This document shows positions 12,106-23,821 of a stretch of 64,000 nucleotides of DNA, piece by piece. The notes under the pieces were generated by a model. The model saw nothing but the letters and a program-made list of their open reading frames with translations, was not told where the DNA came from and made no database searches. The stretch's first letter is position 1. Each line of letters opens with the position of its first letter. Made by a program: the position numbers and the translations under genes. Where the stretch lies: positions 3,224,001-3,288,000 of the forward strand of contig NC_043000.1 of assembly GCF_006345805.1 (NCBI RefSeq), in the 5' to 3' direction. Source of the DNA: Octopus sinensis. Taxonomy: Eukaryota.

Positions 12106-12561
12106 ATTCCTAATCTACTGCCAGATGTAGTCAACAGTAGCAAACACACCTGGTATGTTAAGCAGACAAAGAATCCAAGGCAGCAAGCTGGCAGAATCAT
12201 TAACACACCAGGCAAAATGCTTAGCGGTATTTTCTCTGTCTTTACATTCTGAGTTCAAATACCGCCAAGGTCATCCTTTTGGAGTCAATTAAATAAGTAC
12301 CAGTTATGCACTGGGTCAAAATAATCGACTTAATCCATTTGTCTGTCCTTGTTTGTCTTCTCTGTGTTTAGCCCCTTGTGGGTAGTAAAGGAATAGGTAT
12401 TTCCTCTGTCTTTACATTCTGAGTTCAAATTCCACCGAGATCAACTTTGCCTTTCATTCTTTCAAGGTCGATAAATTAAGTACCAGTAACGCACTGGGGT
12501 CGATTTAATCAACTGGCCGCCCCCCAAAAAATTTCGAGCCTTGTGCCTAGAATAGAAAAAA
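12106..12561 (+). repeat. Local duplication copy 1: unique flank plus SINE-E (here with an internal tandem duplication) and aaagaatcca TSD
   Basis: Near-identical to 13577-13872. Confidence 0.85.
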
Positions 12562-12599
12562 AAGAATCCAGTGATGGTGATTTATTTCTCACATAGCAG

Positions 12600-13160
12600 C
12601 TCAACATACCCACCACCTTGTTCCTTGAAATCAGTTTTGTTGCAGCACTTTGGGACCTGATTGATGCAGTGACAATATATGGCTGTTGAAGTTCACTGTC
12701 TCCAGTCTGTTGCTTATTGTGAAACTTTGGGAAAGTGCAGTTGGAAAACCATTCACAATTGTTCAGAGTCAGAAAATATGTATCTGCTGCAATTCATAAG
12801 AGAGCGAATTGTGGCTTTGTTGCCTACTTGCACCTCCTATGCCAGCCCATTGAACAGTTTTATGCTTTCATATTTCAGCATAAGAATCGTACCTTGAGCC
12901 ATTTTGGTTGAATGGAATCTGATGCAAGGCCGACAGTAAAGCAGTAATATGAAACAAAGACAGTGAACGCTTCCCTGGTCTTCTACCCAACTTTTCAAAG
13001 AGAGTGTCTCTGCAGTTCATTCTGGACGAGACTGACACCCAACTCCGTCACAGTTCCTACCCACCTGAAGATCCAGTTTGAACCACCTCTTCAAACAACT
13101 TAACTGGTTTCCATCAGTCCAGTACTCCATAATGCTGACCTCCAGCAGCCTTTCCACTGA
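12600..13160 (-). pseudogene. Second degenerate L1/Tx1-type ORF2 fragment (post-RT region)
   Basis: YWTDG..L..WFKLDLQVGRN..., then TLSLKSWVE, resembling Tx1 WTDGPVK.LG.WFGPDLQ and LSLKGRAE. Confidence 0.55.
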
Positions 13161-13576
13161 CTTATAAGCTGTATCAGTCTTTGCCTTTCCATTGGATAAC
13201 ATTGATGACATGGAGAAGGGAGGCTGGCATGCATGGGCGGCTGCTGGTCTTGGGTTTGATTCCTTGACCAGGTGATGCATTGAGTTCTTGAGCAAAACAC
13301 TTCATTTCATGCTACTCCAGTCCACTCAGCTGGCAAAAACTAGTAATCCTGCAATGGACTGGAATTCTGACCAGGAAGGGAATAATAGACACCTCAGAAC
13401 CCAAACCTAGGAAACCAGCCTTATGAGCCTGTGGTTTGGGAAAGACCTATGATATGTTATTATTTTTTAATGTAGAGTTATGGTGTGTTGTAGCTGCATA
13501 AATTAGTATAGGAGAAAGTGCATTATTTTACATATCTGATGTAACAACTAGACATACAACACCATGCCTTTATTTA

Positions 13577-13872
13577 ATTCCTAATCTACTGCCAGATGTA
13601 GTCAACAGTAGCAAACACATCTGGTATGTGAAGCAGACAAAGAATCCAAGGCAGCAAGCTGGCAGATTCGTTAACACACCAGGTAAAATGCTTAGTGGTA
13701 TTTTCTCTGTCTTTACATTCTGAGTTCAAATTCCACTGAGATCAACTTTGCCTTTCATCCTTTCGGGGTCGATAAATTAAGTACCAGTTGCATACTGGGG
13801 TTGATCTAATCAACTGGCCCCCTCCCCAAAATGTTGGGCCTTGTGCCTAAAATAGAAAAAAAAAGAATCCAG
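13577..13872 (+). repeat. Local duplication copy 2: same flank plus SINE-E and aaagaatcca TSD
   Basis: Shares attcctaatctactgccagatgtagtcaacagtagcaaacac...gcagacaaagaatccaaggcagcaagctggcag with 12106. Confidence 0.85.
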
Positions 13873-13950
13873 CAACAACTGATAGTGCCATGCCAACATA
13901 CAATGAAAGTGTATGATAAAGAAACAAATATTTTGAAATAATGTGTTTAA

Positions 13951-14171
13951 CCCTTTCGTTACCAACCCGGCTGAAACTGGCTCTGGCTCTTTAGTACAAA
14001 TGTCTGGTTTTCAAAAGTTCTGAATTAAAACCTTCCACCAAACCTTAGTCACAATTTATGTCCCTAACTCTAACTTAATGATAATGATGTTATTTTACTT
14101 AATTCTTTGTTATATTTAAAATAATTGGAAGAAACACTGAGCATCTCAAAATAAATTCAGTAACGAAAGGG
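13951..14171. mobile_element. piggyBac-superfamily MITE (subfamily 1)
   Basis: TTAA on both sides and perfect TIRs ccctttcgttac / gtaacgaaaggg. Confidence 0.88.
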
Positions 14172-14260
14172 TTAAGACAATTATTATTACCAACATTAGA
14201 ATATAAAATACCTAAAAAAATATATAAAATATAAAAAACAAAACTTATACATGAATATAA

Positions 14261-14339
14261 TTTATTGGTATTGCTAAAAAATAAGAGGCAAAATATTAAT
14301 GGTAAGACTTGGTAGAGTGTTAGGAAAATACATTTTATT
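14261..14339 (-). terminator. Candidate polyadenylation signals of gene A (AATAAA at 14339-14334 and 14266-14261)
   Basis: Two AATAAA hexamers about 170 and 240 nt after the stop codon. The region is AT-rich, so chance occurrence is possible. Confidence 0.4.
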
Positions 14340-14507
14340 TCTGTCACAAAATAACTGAGTAATTTTGGAAAAGTAATATTTAAAGTTACCAGAAACTAGT
14401 GCAAAGTAAGTCAGTAAGATTTGTTGTGTGAGATATTGATATTTAAAGAACACATTGAATAGATGAACGGCTGTTAACAGGATTCTGTAGTGATTTAAAA
14501 CAGGTTG

Positions 14508-14690
14508 TTATGTAGCTGCTTCTGAGACTTCAACATCTGCCGATTCTGTGTGAGAGTTGATAATATCACACTGTATCATCTGATCAGTTTGTGGGAAAAC
14601 AATTGGTGATGTAGAAGCATCGACAACATTCTGTTGAAAATCTGTCTGAGTTTGAGCATCGATTCGTGGTGAGGATAAAGGAGTTAAATA
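14508..14690 (-). CDS. Gene A terminal coding exon: YLTPLSSPRIDAQTQTDFQQNVVDASTSPIVFPQTDQMIQCDIINSHTESADVEVSEAAT*
   Basis: Strong acceptor ctctgttttactgcttcag|TAT, phase 0 matching the previous exon, 60 codons then TAA. AATAAA signals follow downstream on the minus strand. Confidence 0.75.
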   Translation of the reverse strand, partial: YLTPLSSPRIDAQTQTDFQQNVVDASTSPIVFPQTDQMIQCDIINSHTESADVEVSEAAT

Positions 14691-14737
14691 CTGAAGCAGT
14701 AAAACAGAGATATATTAATAAAAATCATGAAACAACA

Positions 14738-15120
14738 GGTGCAGGAGTGGCTGTGTGGTAAGTAGCTTGCTAACCAACTACATGGTTCCAGGTTCAGTCC
14801 CACTGCGTGGCATCTTGGGCAACTGTCTTCTGCTATAACCCCGGGCCGACCAATCCTTGTGAGTGGATTTGGTAGACGGAAACTGAAAGAAGCCTGTCAT
14901 ATATATGTATATATATATATATTTATTTTATAGAAGGAGCTTCTACAGGACTAGAACTGTTTCATTCAGATGAAATCTTCAGGAAGCTTCCTGAAGATTT
15001 CATCTGAATGAAACAGTTCTAGTCCTGTAGAAGCTCCTTCTATAAAATAAATTACTTTACTCTGCTATGTATTGAGTACCTTATTTACTGTGGTTAACCC
15101 CGACTCAACCCGGGACCTAC

Positions 15121-15161
<41 letters not shown>

Positions 15162-15389
15162 GTGTGTGTGTATATGTTTGTGTGTCTGTGTTTGTCCCCC
15201 TAGTATTGCTTGACAACCGATGCTAGTGTGTTTACGTCCCCGTCACTTAGCGGTTCAGCAAAAAGAGACCGACAGAATAAGTACTGGGCTTACAAAGAAT
15301 AAGTCCCGGGGTCGATTTGCTCGACTAAAGGCGGTGCTCCAGCATGGCCGCAGTCAAATGACTGAAACAAGTAAAAGAGTAAAAGAGTA
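14738..15389 (+). mobile_element. SINE family B interrupted in its central (TA)n by a ~200-bp palindromic insert (14921-15122)
   Basis: Head 14738-14900 and tail 15160-15389 are both intact. Confidence 0.88.
14921..15052. repeat. Perfect 132-bp palindrome (66-bp arms, no spacer, centre AAG|CTT)
   Basis: Checked base by base around the axis 14986|14987. Confidence 0.95.
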
Positions 15390-15699
15390 ACACAAAACAA
15401 AACAGACACTGACATATTTTGTAGCAGCAATTCTAAATAACTAAAAAGCATTAAAAGAATAAGTAATTCTATACAAGTTGTATCTAATCAATAAGAACAG
15501 AAATTGATGCTGATGTTTACAAAGAAATCAATCTTATTTCATAATTGCAGTCAGCTTTAATGTAGAATATAAAACAGGAATTCTCTTTAAGATACACCAG
15601 TTGCATCAACACATGATAAAAATACCCTGACAGAGATTTGAATTAATTTATAAATTCAAGTACATATTTATATATATACTGAAATATATTTAACCATTG

Positions 15700-16020
15700 A
15701 CTGGCCTCCGTGCTGTGGGCACGTAACAAACACCATCCGATCGTGGCCGTCTGCCAGCCTCGTCTGGCACCTGTGTTGGTGGCACATAAAAAACACCATC
15801 CGAGCGTGGCCGTCCACCAGCCTCGTCTGGCACCTGTGTCGGTGGCACATAAAATCACCCACTACACTCTCGGAGTGGTTGGCATTAGGAAGGGCATCCA
15901 GCTGTAGAAACACTGCCAGATCTGACTGGCCTGGTGCAGCCTTCTGGCTCCCCAGACCCCAGTTGAACCGTCCAACCCATGCTAGCATGGAAAGCGGACG
16001 TTAAACGATGATGATGATGA
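15700..16020 (+). mobile_element. RTE 3' end (family A), 3 units
   Basis: Family motifs and (GAT)n tail. Confidence 0.8.
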
Positions 16021-16595
16021 TTTCTTATAAATAGATGTAGTTGTCTGCAAGGATACAGAAATTTCATTTTCCTGGTACCAAGACAGGCAATAGATTTTTC
16101 AGAAATGGTGGAGCATCAGACAAAATACCTTAAAATGTTTAATCAAACTACTTCAAATTCTTATTTTAAGTCCTGCAAAATTTGCCTTTGTTTTTACATT
16201 CTACTGAGGTCAATTATAAAACGTACCAGCTGAGTGGTGGGATCAATATGTTTGATTGGGCCAATCCTGATCAATTTCTGGTTTTATTACCTCATTAGAA
16301 ATCATTACTGTCATAGTCATCCCTGTCACCTGCACAGCTGCCATTATAGATATTGTCATCATAATTATCATCATCTTTACTAGAATGGCAGGTTGGCAGA
16401 ATAATTAGAGCACCAGAATAAATGCCTTGTCATACTACTTCTAGCTCTTTACATTCTAAGTTCTAATCTTGCTGGAGTCAAATTGCCTTTCATCCTTTCT
16501 GGGTCAATAAAACAAGAACCATTTGAATACTGAGGTTGATGTAATTGATTTACTCCCTGCCCCAAATCTGATGGCTTTGTACCATAATTCAAAAC

Positions 16596-16637
<42 letters not shown>

Positions 16638-16665
16638 CATTATTATTATTATTATTATTATTATT

Positions 16666-17179
16666 CATCATTTAGCGTCCGCTTTCCATGCTAGCATGGG
16701 TTGGACGGGTCAACTGGGGTCTGTGAAGCTGGAAGGCTTCGTCAGGCCCAGTCAGATCTGGCAGTGTTTCTAAGGCTGGATGCCCTTCCTAACGCCAACC
16801 ACTCCGTGAGTGTAGTGGGTGTTTTTTACATGCCACCTGCACAGGTGCCAGACAGAGCTGGCAAATGGCCACGAACGGACGATGCTTTTACGTGTCACCG
16901 GCATGGGGCCAGGCGATGCTGGCAACGAACACGAACAGATGGTGCTTTTACGTGCCACCGACACGGGGCCAGACAGAGCTGGCAAACGGCCACGAACGGA
17001 CGATGCTTTTACGTGTCACCAGCACGGGGCCAGGCGAGGCTGGCAACGAACACGAACGGATGGTGCTTTTACATGCCACCGACACGGGTGCCAGACAGAG
17101 CTGGCAAACGGCCTCAAGCGAATGGTGCTTTTACGTATCACCGACACGGGTGCCAGACGAGGCTGGCAGCGGACACGAA

Positions 17180-17180
<1 letters not shown>
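16666..17180 (-). mobile_element. RTE 3' end (family A), ~6 units; same subfamily as the 8.9-10.3 kb array
   Basis: Shares the diagnostic ttttttacatgccacctgcacaggtgccagaca and both unit variants. Flanked by (ATT)n. Confidence 0.85.
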
Positions 17181-17212
<32 letters not shown>

Positions 17213-17213
<1 letters not shown>

Positions 17214-17830
17214 TAACTTTTTAGAGCTCTCGGTCCTACTTGCTCTGGTTGATTCTGTGAGAACAGACAGCAATCTATTGCAGTAGGAGCAGTCCGCCCT
17301 GGGCAGCACTTTTCATCCTGTTGTAGGCTATTGCTGCAGGCAATATGAGATTTTTGTGGGGTCCAGGGGTGGCAAACGGAAGGGCTCCTCCGGCAACACA
17401 CACTCTAGCTAAGCTAGTGCCTTTAGGTAACATTTTAGGTGTTGTGCCAAGAGCACCAATTACTACAGGAATAATTATATTCTTAGTCTTCCACAGTCTC
17501 TTCAGCTCTCGGGCTAGATCCGGATATTTCTTGATTTTTTTCAATTTCTTTAATATTGACTCTGTTATCATAGGGAATTACAAAATCTATAATCTATGTA
17601 TTTATTTAGTCCCTTATTATCATATCTGGTCTTCTTGTTTCAATAGTATAGTCAGTCTTTATGGGGAAGCCCCCTAAGACCTTGTAATTCTCAGCTTCTG
17701 CTTTGTCTTCATACCACTTTTCTGTTATTTTGAAGTTACACTCATCAGCTAACGCCCCAACGCACTCTTTTACCTACAGTTACAGCTGCACTTATACTCT
17801 TTTTGTGCTGATATACCACACACACTCAAT
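17213..17830 (-). mobile_element. R4/Dong-like RLE LINE 3' fragment
   Basis: TRRPDMIIRD..IDFVIPYDNRVN.KEIEKIKKYPDLARELKRLW...IPVVIGALG (restriction-like endonuclease). The 3' end abuts (AAT)n. Confidence 0.75.
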
Positions 17831-17988
17831 AGATAATTGATACTTTCATCATCATCATCATCATCATCATCATAATCATCACCATCATTATTCTCAGTAG
17901 TACACTGTCACATCATCAAATACTGATTCTTTGTACCCTATTTCTGGCAGTAACATTTGTTGGTTTCCTCTCAAAAGCCTTTCTTTAA

Positions 17989-18207
17989 CCCTTTCATTAC
18001 CAACCCGGCTGAAACCGGCTCTGGCTCTGAGTACAAATATCCTGTTTTTGTAAGTTTTGAATTAAAATCTTCCACCAAACCTTAGTCACAATTTATGTTC
18101 CTAACACTAGCTTAATGATAAATGTTATTTTACTAAATTCTTTGTTATATTTAAAACTAATTGAAAGGACAACAGAGCATCTCAAAATAAATGCAGAAAT
18201 GAAATGG
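17989..18207. mobile_element. piggyBac MITE subfamily 1, second copy
   Basis: TTAA flanks, degenerate TIRs, internal sequence matches 13951-14171. Confidence 0.8.
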
Positions 18208-18934
18208 TTAAACTACATGTAGGCATCATGTGGCAATTATTATTTTTTTTCCATTTTTTTCTTAAACACCGGAATATGAAGATGATGCAAGTGAGAGGTA
18301 CCAACAGTTTTAATCAGTGTAACAGCAGTAATAAAGCAATTAGCAGAATCATTAAAGCACCAGACAAAATGCCTAGAGTATTTAGCTACAACCACTCTGA
18401 GTTCAAAATCTTGCTAAGGGCCAGCTTTGTTCTTCATCCTTCTGGGCTCAAGAAACTAATGTACCTGTCAATTATAGGGGTTAATTTGCATTCTTATTAT
18501 GCATTATAGATGTGAATGGAATTATAATAGGACTTAGAATAAGATTTAAATAGACAACATTGAACAGATGTAGAACTAGAAAAAGTTAGCAGTTATGTAG
18601 GTTTTAATCTTCATGTCAAAGACATTGTAATTGTAATAGATTATATACAATCTTTTATGTAAAATTGAGTGTCTGACATCTGGTTTCAACTGTCGCCAAT
18701 TTTAAAGACATTTTCAAATTATTGGTCATTTGAAATCTTGTTATTTTGACAGTTTCAGCATATACCTATGTCTCCAGAACCACTTTCTGGGATAACTGAC
18801 GTGAATTAAGAACTCAGAAAGCTGAACATTCAATTTCATTTCCATTTCACTCGTAATAAACAACTAGAATTAGCTGTTATACTTTCCATTTTTGCTATGG
18901 TGATGTACATCATACCAAAACTCAATCACAATCC

Positions 18935-18935
18935 T

Positions 18936-19024
<89 letters not shown>

Positions 19025-19098
19025 TTACTCCAGTGTCACTTTGATGGCATGCACTGCTCACTCACTCAATAATAATAATAATAATGATAATAATAATA
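18935..19098. repeat. Compound (CTA)n(TAA)n microsatellite
   Basis: Direct reading. Confidence 0.95.
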
Positions 19099-20548
19099 AC
19101 AATAATTCTAAATACTCAAGACAGAGCTGAATGCAAGAAACAGGTTTGAAGTAATCAGTACACTTTAGCCATACCAGTTGTGACTTACAGTTTCAATATC
19201 ATTAACTGGTCAATTACTGAAATATGTAATCTTGACAGAAAAATATGAAAATTATTGATAATGCATAGAATGCACCATCTTAAGGCAGATATAGAACGAC
19301 TTTATCTTCTAAGAAAAGAGGGAGGCCATGGACTTTTACAACTGGAATTAACAATGAAGATTGCCACAATTGGCCTAGACACCTACCTGAAAAACTCTGA
19401 TGACTGGATGTTAAAACTTGTCTCAAAACATGAAAACAAGAAAGCATCATACTCAGTAACAAAACAAGCAAAGGGATATCTAAGTGGAATTCCAAATACA
19501 ACAAATTTCAGAATTAGACATGCTAGAAACAAGCACAGAAAAAGCTAAGCATATGAAAACCTGTGCTAAAACTGCTGCCTTAGATATTCTTACTGATAAA
19601 TGGTAAGAAAAACCTCTCAATGGCAAATACCCAAAGAGAGCTAATAGTGTTGATGTTGACAGAGCCCTTACCTATCAATGGTTAGTGGCTTCTGGCTTAA
19701 AATCAGAAACAGAAGGGTTTATCATAGCAGCCCAAGATCAATGCCTACCTACAAGAAACTACCAGGCCAACATATTGAAGAATGGCAGCAGCCCAACATG
19801 TCGTGTATGTCAACAACAAAATGAAACCATTGATCATATTGTCTCCATGTGCAGTCTCCTTGTGCCTACAGAGTATCTCAAAAGGCATGTTAGAGCAGCA
19901 CAATATATTCGCTGGGTAATTTGCAAAAATCTGAACTTGCTGCATGATAAAAACTGGTGGGAACACAAACCATCTCCAAGTGCTTGAAAATGACCGCATC
20001 TCACTCCTCTGGAACTTCACCATTCAAACTAACAGAAAGATAGATGCAAATAGGCCAGACATTATATTGAAAGACTTCAGACAAAAATTATGCCTCCCCA
20101 TTGATATGACAGTCCCAATCAATATAAATGTATTTGTCAAGATCTACCAAAAACTCAGCAAGTATAAAGATCTTGAAATAGAAATTGGCAAAATGTGGAA
20201 CCTCAAGACTAAAACAATACCTGTTGTCATAGGTGCCCCAGGAATGTTAGCAAAAGTGGCTGATTGCTACCTAGCTTAGATACCAGGAAACCCCAAAATG
20301 GCAGAAATTCAAAAGATAGTGCTCATGGGAACTGCCCATATCCTACATAAAATGCTGTTTATGTAATCTCAAATTTTAAAACAAACTTATAATTTTCTTA
20401 TGGTTTCTTAAACATTCTTTAGAACAACACTATGTACAAAACCAAATATATGACACCCTAGGCATAACACCAACATGAAGTTGTCTCTTGAGGTCTCTGG
20501 CTGAGACTTGGAGTCCACTTGTACAAATACAAAACAAAAGTCAAACAT
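19099..20548 (+). mobile_element. 5'-truncated, degenerate R4/Dong-like LINE (post-RT region, CCHC knuckle, RLE endonuclease, 3'UTR)
   Basis: RLYLLRKEGGHGL, LKSETEGFIIAAQDQ, CRVC..ETIDHIVSMC and ANRPDIILKD...IDMTVP..KLSKYKDLEIEI. (TAA)n-like tracts on both sides. Confidence 0.88.
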
Positions 20549-20599
20549 ATAATAATAATGATAATAATAACAATAATAATGATGATGATGATGATGATA

Positions 20600-21170
20600 A
20601 CCTCAAAGTTTTGCACAAGGCCAGCACTTTTGGGTGAGGGGGTAAGTCGATTACATTGACCCCAGGGCTCGACTGGTACTTATTTTTCAAGCCCAATAGG
20701 ATGAAACCTTGATGGAAATTTGAACTCTGACTGTAAAGTCAGACAAAATGCCACTAAGTATTTTTGGCATATTAAAAATTCTTCCACCTTAACAATAATA
20801 ATAATTCTTTCAAATTTTGGATCAAGGCCAGTAATTTTAAAGGTGGGGTGGGGTAAGTTGATTACATCAGTGCAAGTACTTGACCAGTGCTTTATTTTAT
20901 CAATCCTTAAAGGATGAAAGGCAAAGTTGACCTTAAAGGCATTTGAACTCAGAAATGCCACCGAATAATAATGATACTGGCTTCAAATTATGGCACAAGG
21001 CCAGCATTTTTGAGGGGAGGGAGTTACGCAATGACACTGATCGCAATATTTGACTGGCACTTTATTCTAGCAACCCCAGTACATGACTGGTACTTCATTT
21101 TATCAATCCTGGTGGGATGAAAGCAAAGTTGACCCTGGCAGAATATGAACACAGAATATAATGAGTTAAA
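20600..21170 (-). mobile_element. Cluster of 3-4 diverged SINE-E-like fragments
   Basis: Repeated aaggccagc...ctggtacttatttt...ggatgaaaggcaaagttgacc...tttgaactcag. Confidence 0.65.
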
Positions 21171-21329
21171 TATACTGGTATTTATTTTGTTGTTTATTTG
21201 GATAATAATGAGATCTTATGAAATCATAAGGCCAAAGGTTTGTGGTGGGGTATCAGTTAATTTATGTTGACCCTCTGCTTGACTGGTACAACTACTAATG
21301 ATATTGGGTTTTTCTTTTATTCTTTTCTT

Positions 21330-21780
21330 TTATTTTTTCAGTCATTTGAATGTGGCCATTCTGGAGCACCACCTTTAGTTAAGCAAATCAATCACAGGAC
21401 TTATTCTTTGTAAGCCTAGTACTTATTCTATCAGTGTATTTTGCCGAACCGCTACGTTACGGGGATGTAAACACACCAGCATCGGGTGTCAAGCAATGTT
21501 GTTGGGACAAACATATACACACATATACATATAAGTTAGTATAGTTAGAGGTTGGAATAACCATCTAAGGGATAAAAATATCTATTATACTACTAGTTTA
21601 ATTCCCTATGTTAACCCAGGATGTAAGTCAATTGTTGTTGATCAATCCACTCACAAGGCTTTGGTCGGCCTGAGGCTACAGTAGAAGACACTTGCCTGAG
21701 ATGCCATGCAGTGGGACTGAATCCAGAACCATGTGGTTGAGAAGCAAGCTTCTTACCACATGGCCACACCAGTGCCTATC
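21330..21780 (-). mobile_element. SINE family B, split by an ~110-bp insert in its central microsatellite
   Basis: Tail half 21330-21530 and head half 21645-21780. Confidence 0.7.
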
Positions 21781-22029
21781 CACAGAATAATGAAACAAAT
21801 GTTAATGCTTTCTACTATAAGCACAAGGCCTAAAATTTTGTTAGAAGGGGACTAGTCAATTACATTGGCCCCAATGCTCACCTGGAACTTATTTTGTCGA
21901 CCATGGAAGGATGAAAGCCAAGTCAACCTTGCAGAATCTAAACTCAGAACAATGATACTAATGATAATCCTTTCTACTATATAGAACCCAGTGACCAAAT
22001 GGTATTTATTTCATCGATTTATTTCAAGG

Positions 22030-22262
22030 GTGGTGGGCTGGCAGAAACGTTAGCATGCCAGGCGAAATTCTTAGCGGTATTTCATCTACCGTTACGTTCA
22101 GAGTTCAAATTCCGCCGAGGTCGACTTTGCCTGTCATCCTTTCGGGGTCGATTAAATAAGTACCAGTAACACACTAGGGTCGATATAATCGACTTAATCC
22201 GTTTGTCTGTCCTTGTTTGTCCTCTCTGTGTTTAGTCCCTTGTGGGTAGTAAAGAAATAGGT
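22030..22262 (+). mobile_element. SINE family E
   Basis: gggctggcagaaacgttagc...gagttcaaattccgccgaggtcgac...gtagtaaagaaatag. Confidence 0.85.
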
Positions 22263-22434
22263 ATTTATTTCATTGACTTTGAAAGGATGAAAGGCAAAGC
22301 TGACCTTAGCAGATTTTGGACTTAGAGTGTAAAGATGGATGAAAAGGTGTGAAGCATTTTGGCCAGCATGCCAATGCTTCTGCTAGCACCCTGTCTTAAT
22401 GATACAAATAATAATGATACAAGTTCTATATTAC

Positions 22435-22722
22435 CTCACTCTCTTGACTTTTTGCCTTGAATTCAGAGCTGCACTGATCCTCATAGTTTACTTCTGTTTG
22501 GTTAGTTTTGAATTCAGAGCTGCACTGATTCTCATAATTTACTTCTGTTTGGTCAGCTTTCTCTGTAGGCAGCTGGGGATCCGGAGATGTTTCATTTAAC
22601 TGGAGATGTTCTGTGGTTTTCTCACTTGGTGGTGGAGTACTCAGGAAATTGTAGCTGCCATCTTTTTCTGTGTCCTCCACTTCAGTAGTAGGAATGTGTG
22701 AATTAACAGGGCTCAGAGACAT
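22435..22722 (-). CDS. Gene A internal coding exon (288 nt, phase 0-0): MSLSPVNSHIPTTEVEDTEK...QTEVNYENQCSSEFKTNQTEVNYEDQCSSEFKAKSQESE; disordered, with a 17-aa internal duplication
   Basis: Acceptor tttgtttccatatttcag|ATG and donor GAG|gtaata. Only phase 0 is open (the other two frames stop within 7 codons). Confidence 0.75.
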
Positions 22723-23133
22723 CTGAAATATGGAAACAAATATATTCTTAGGATCAGCTTGTTCAAACTATAAAGAAATCAAATAGGTGCAAGTTGTAAG
22801 GACTACCAAACACTTGACCAAGAGTTGTAGCATTACTAAATATCTGTTGTACTATTTTCCTGAAGAGGCGTACATAACTTTAATTGCTCCCATCTGGTTG
22901 ACTGGCATAAAAACAATCACAATCCTTACTTCACAGTCAAATAATCATGGTATGAAGGACTTCCAGCAATAAACAACAATTTTGCCAACAAAAAAATGCA
23001 TGTATGTATTGCAGTTCTGTACAATAAATAGTCTTACAATAATAAATATCTTGTTCAACCACTCAATGAAAAGATGGACAACATGGGTTTCACCTGACAA
23101 TCAGACATTCAATTAAGTAATCTATATTATTAT

Positions 23134-23439
23134 CCGTGGAGGCGCAATGGCCCAGTGGTTAGGGCAGCGGACTCGCGGTCGTAGGACCACGGTTTCGATT
23201 CCCAGGCCAGGCGTTGTGAGTGTTTATTAAGCGAAAACACCTAAAAGCTCCACGAGGCTCTGGCAGGGGTGTTGAACCCTGCTGTACTCTTTTACCACTC
23301 TTTCTCCCACTCTTTCTTCTGTTGGCCTGCTCACTTAGCCAGCAGGGTGGCGTCATTCAGAGGCTAAAACAATGTGAACGCATTGTGACCAACGATGTGT
23401 AACAACATCTGATGGTCTGGTCGGTCATGTGATCACATG
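23134..23439 (+). mobile_element. SINE family C head with alternative tail 2
   Basis: Same tRNA head as 4232 but diverges after ctgctgtactctt. 10-bp TSD atattattat at 23124-23133 and 23440-23449. Confidence 0.82.
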
Positions 23440-23821
23440 ATATTATTATTCAGGAAACATAAACGCCAAAAACGATTTTTATTTTTACCTTTTTGGATAT
23501 TTTAATAGTCCCACCAAACAGACAAAAGAAAATGATGAAAGCAAAGTGATATGGTGCAAATAAAACTGTTGATGTGAAAGTTTGAAATAAAGGTAAAAAA
23601 ACTTAAGACAGATAAGACAGAAGGGACAACAAACAAATAAAGAAACCGTTAACTTAGAAATAAATGGCAAGCCTACCATGGCTGTCCATGGTATATGACA
23701 AAGGCAAAAAGTTAGAAGAGAAATGCTGAACAACCCAGATGATATTGTTAAAGTGAATGATTTGAATTATTGAACAAAGCAGTTAGAATAGTTAGTAAAA
23801 TGTAAATGAATGAAATCTCAA

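Noticed and set aside
14980-15035. Functional hammerhead ribozyme in the palindrome arm
   Set aside because: CTGAAGA, GAAAC and GTC are present, but stem I cannot pair in this copy. Kept only as a hint about the parent element.
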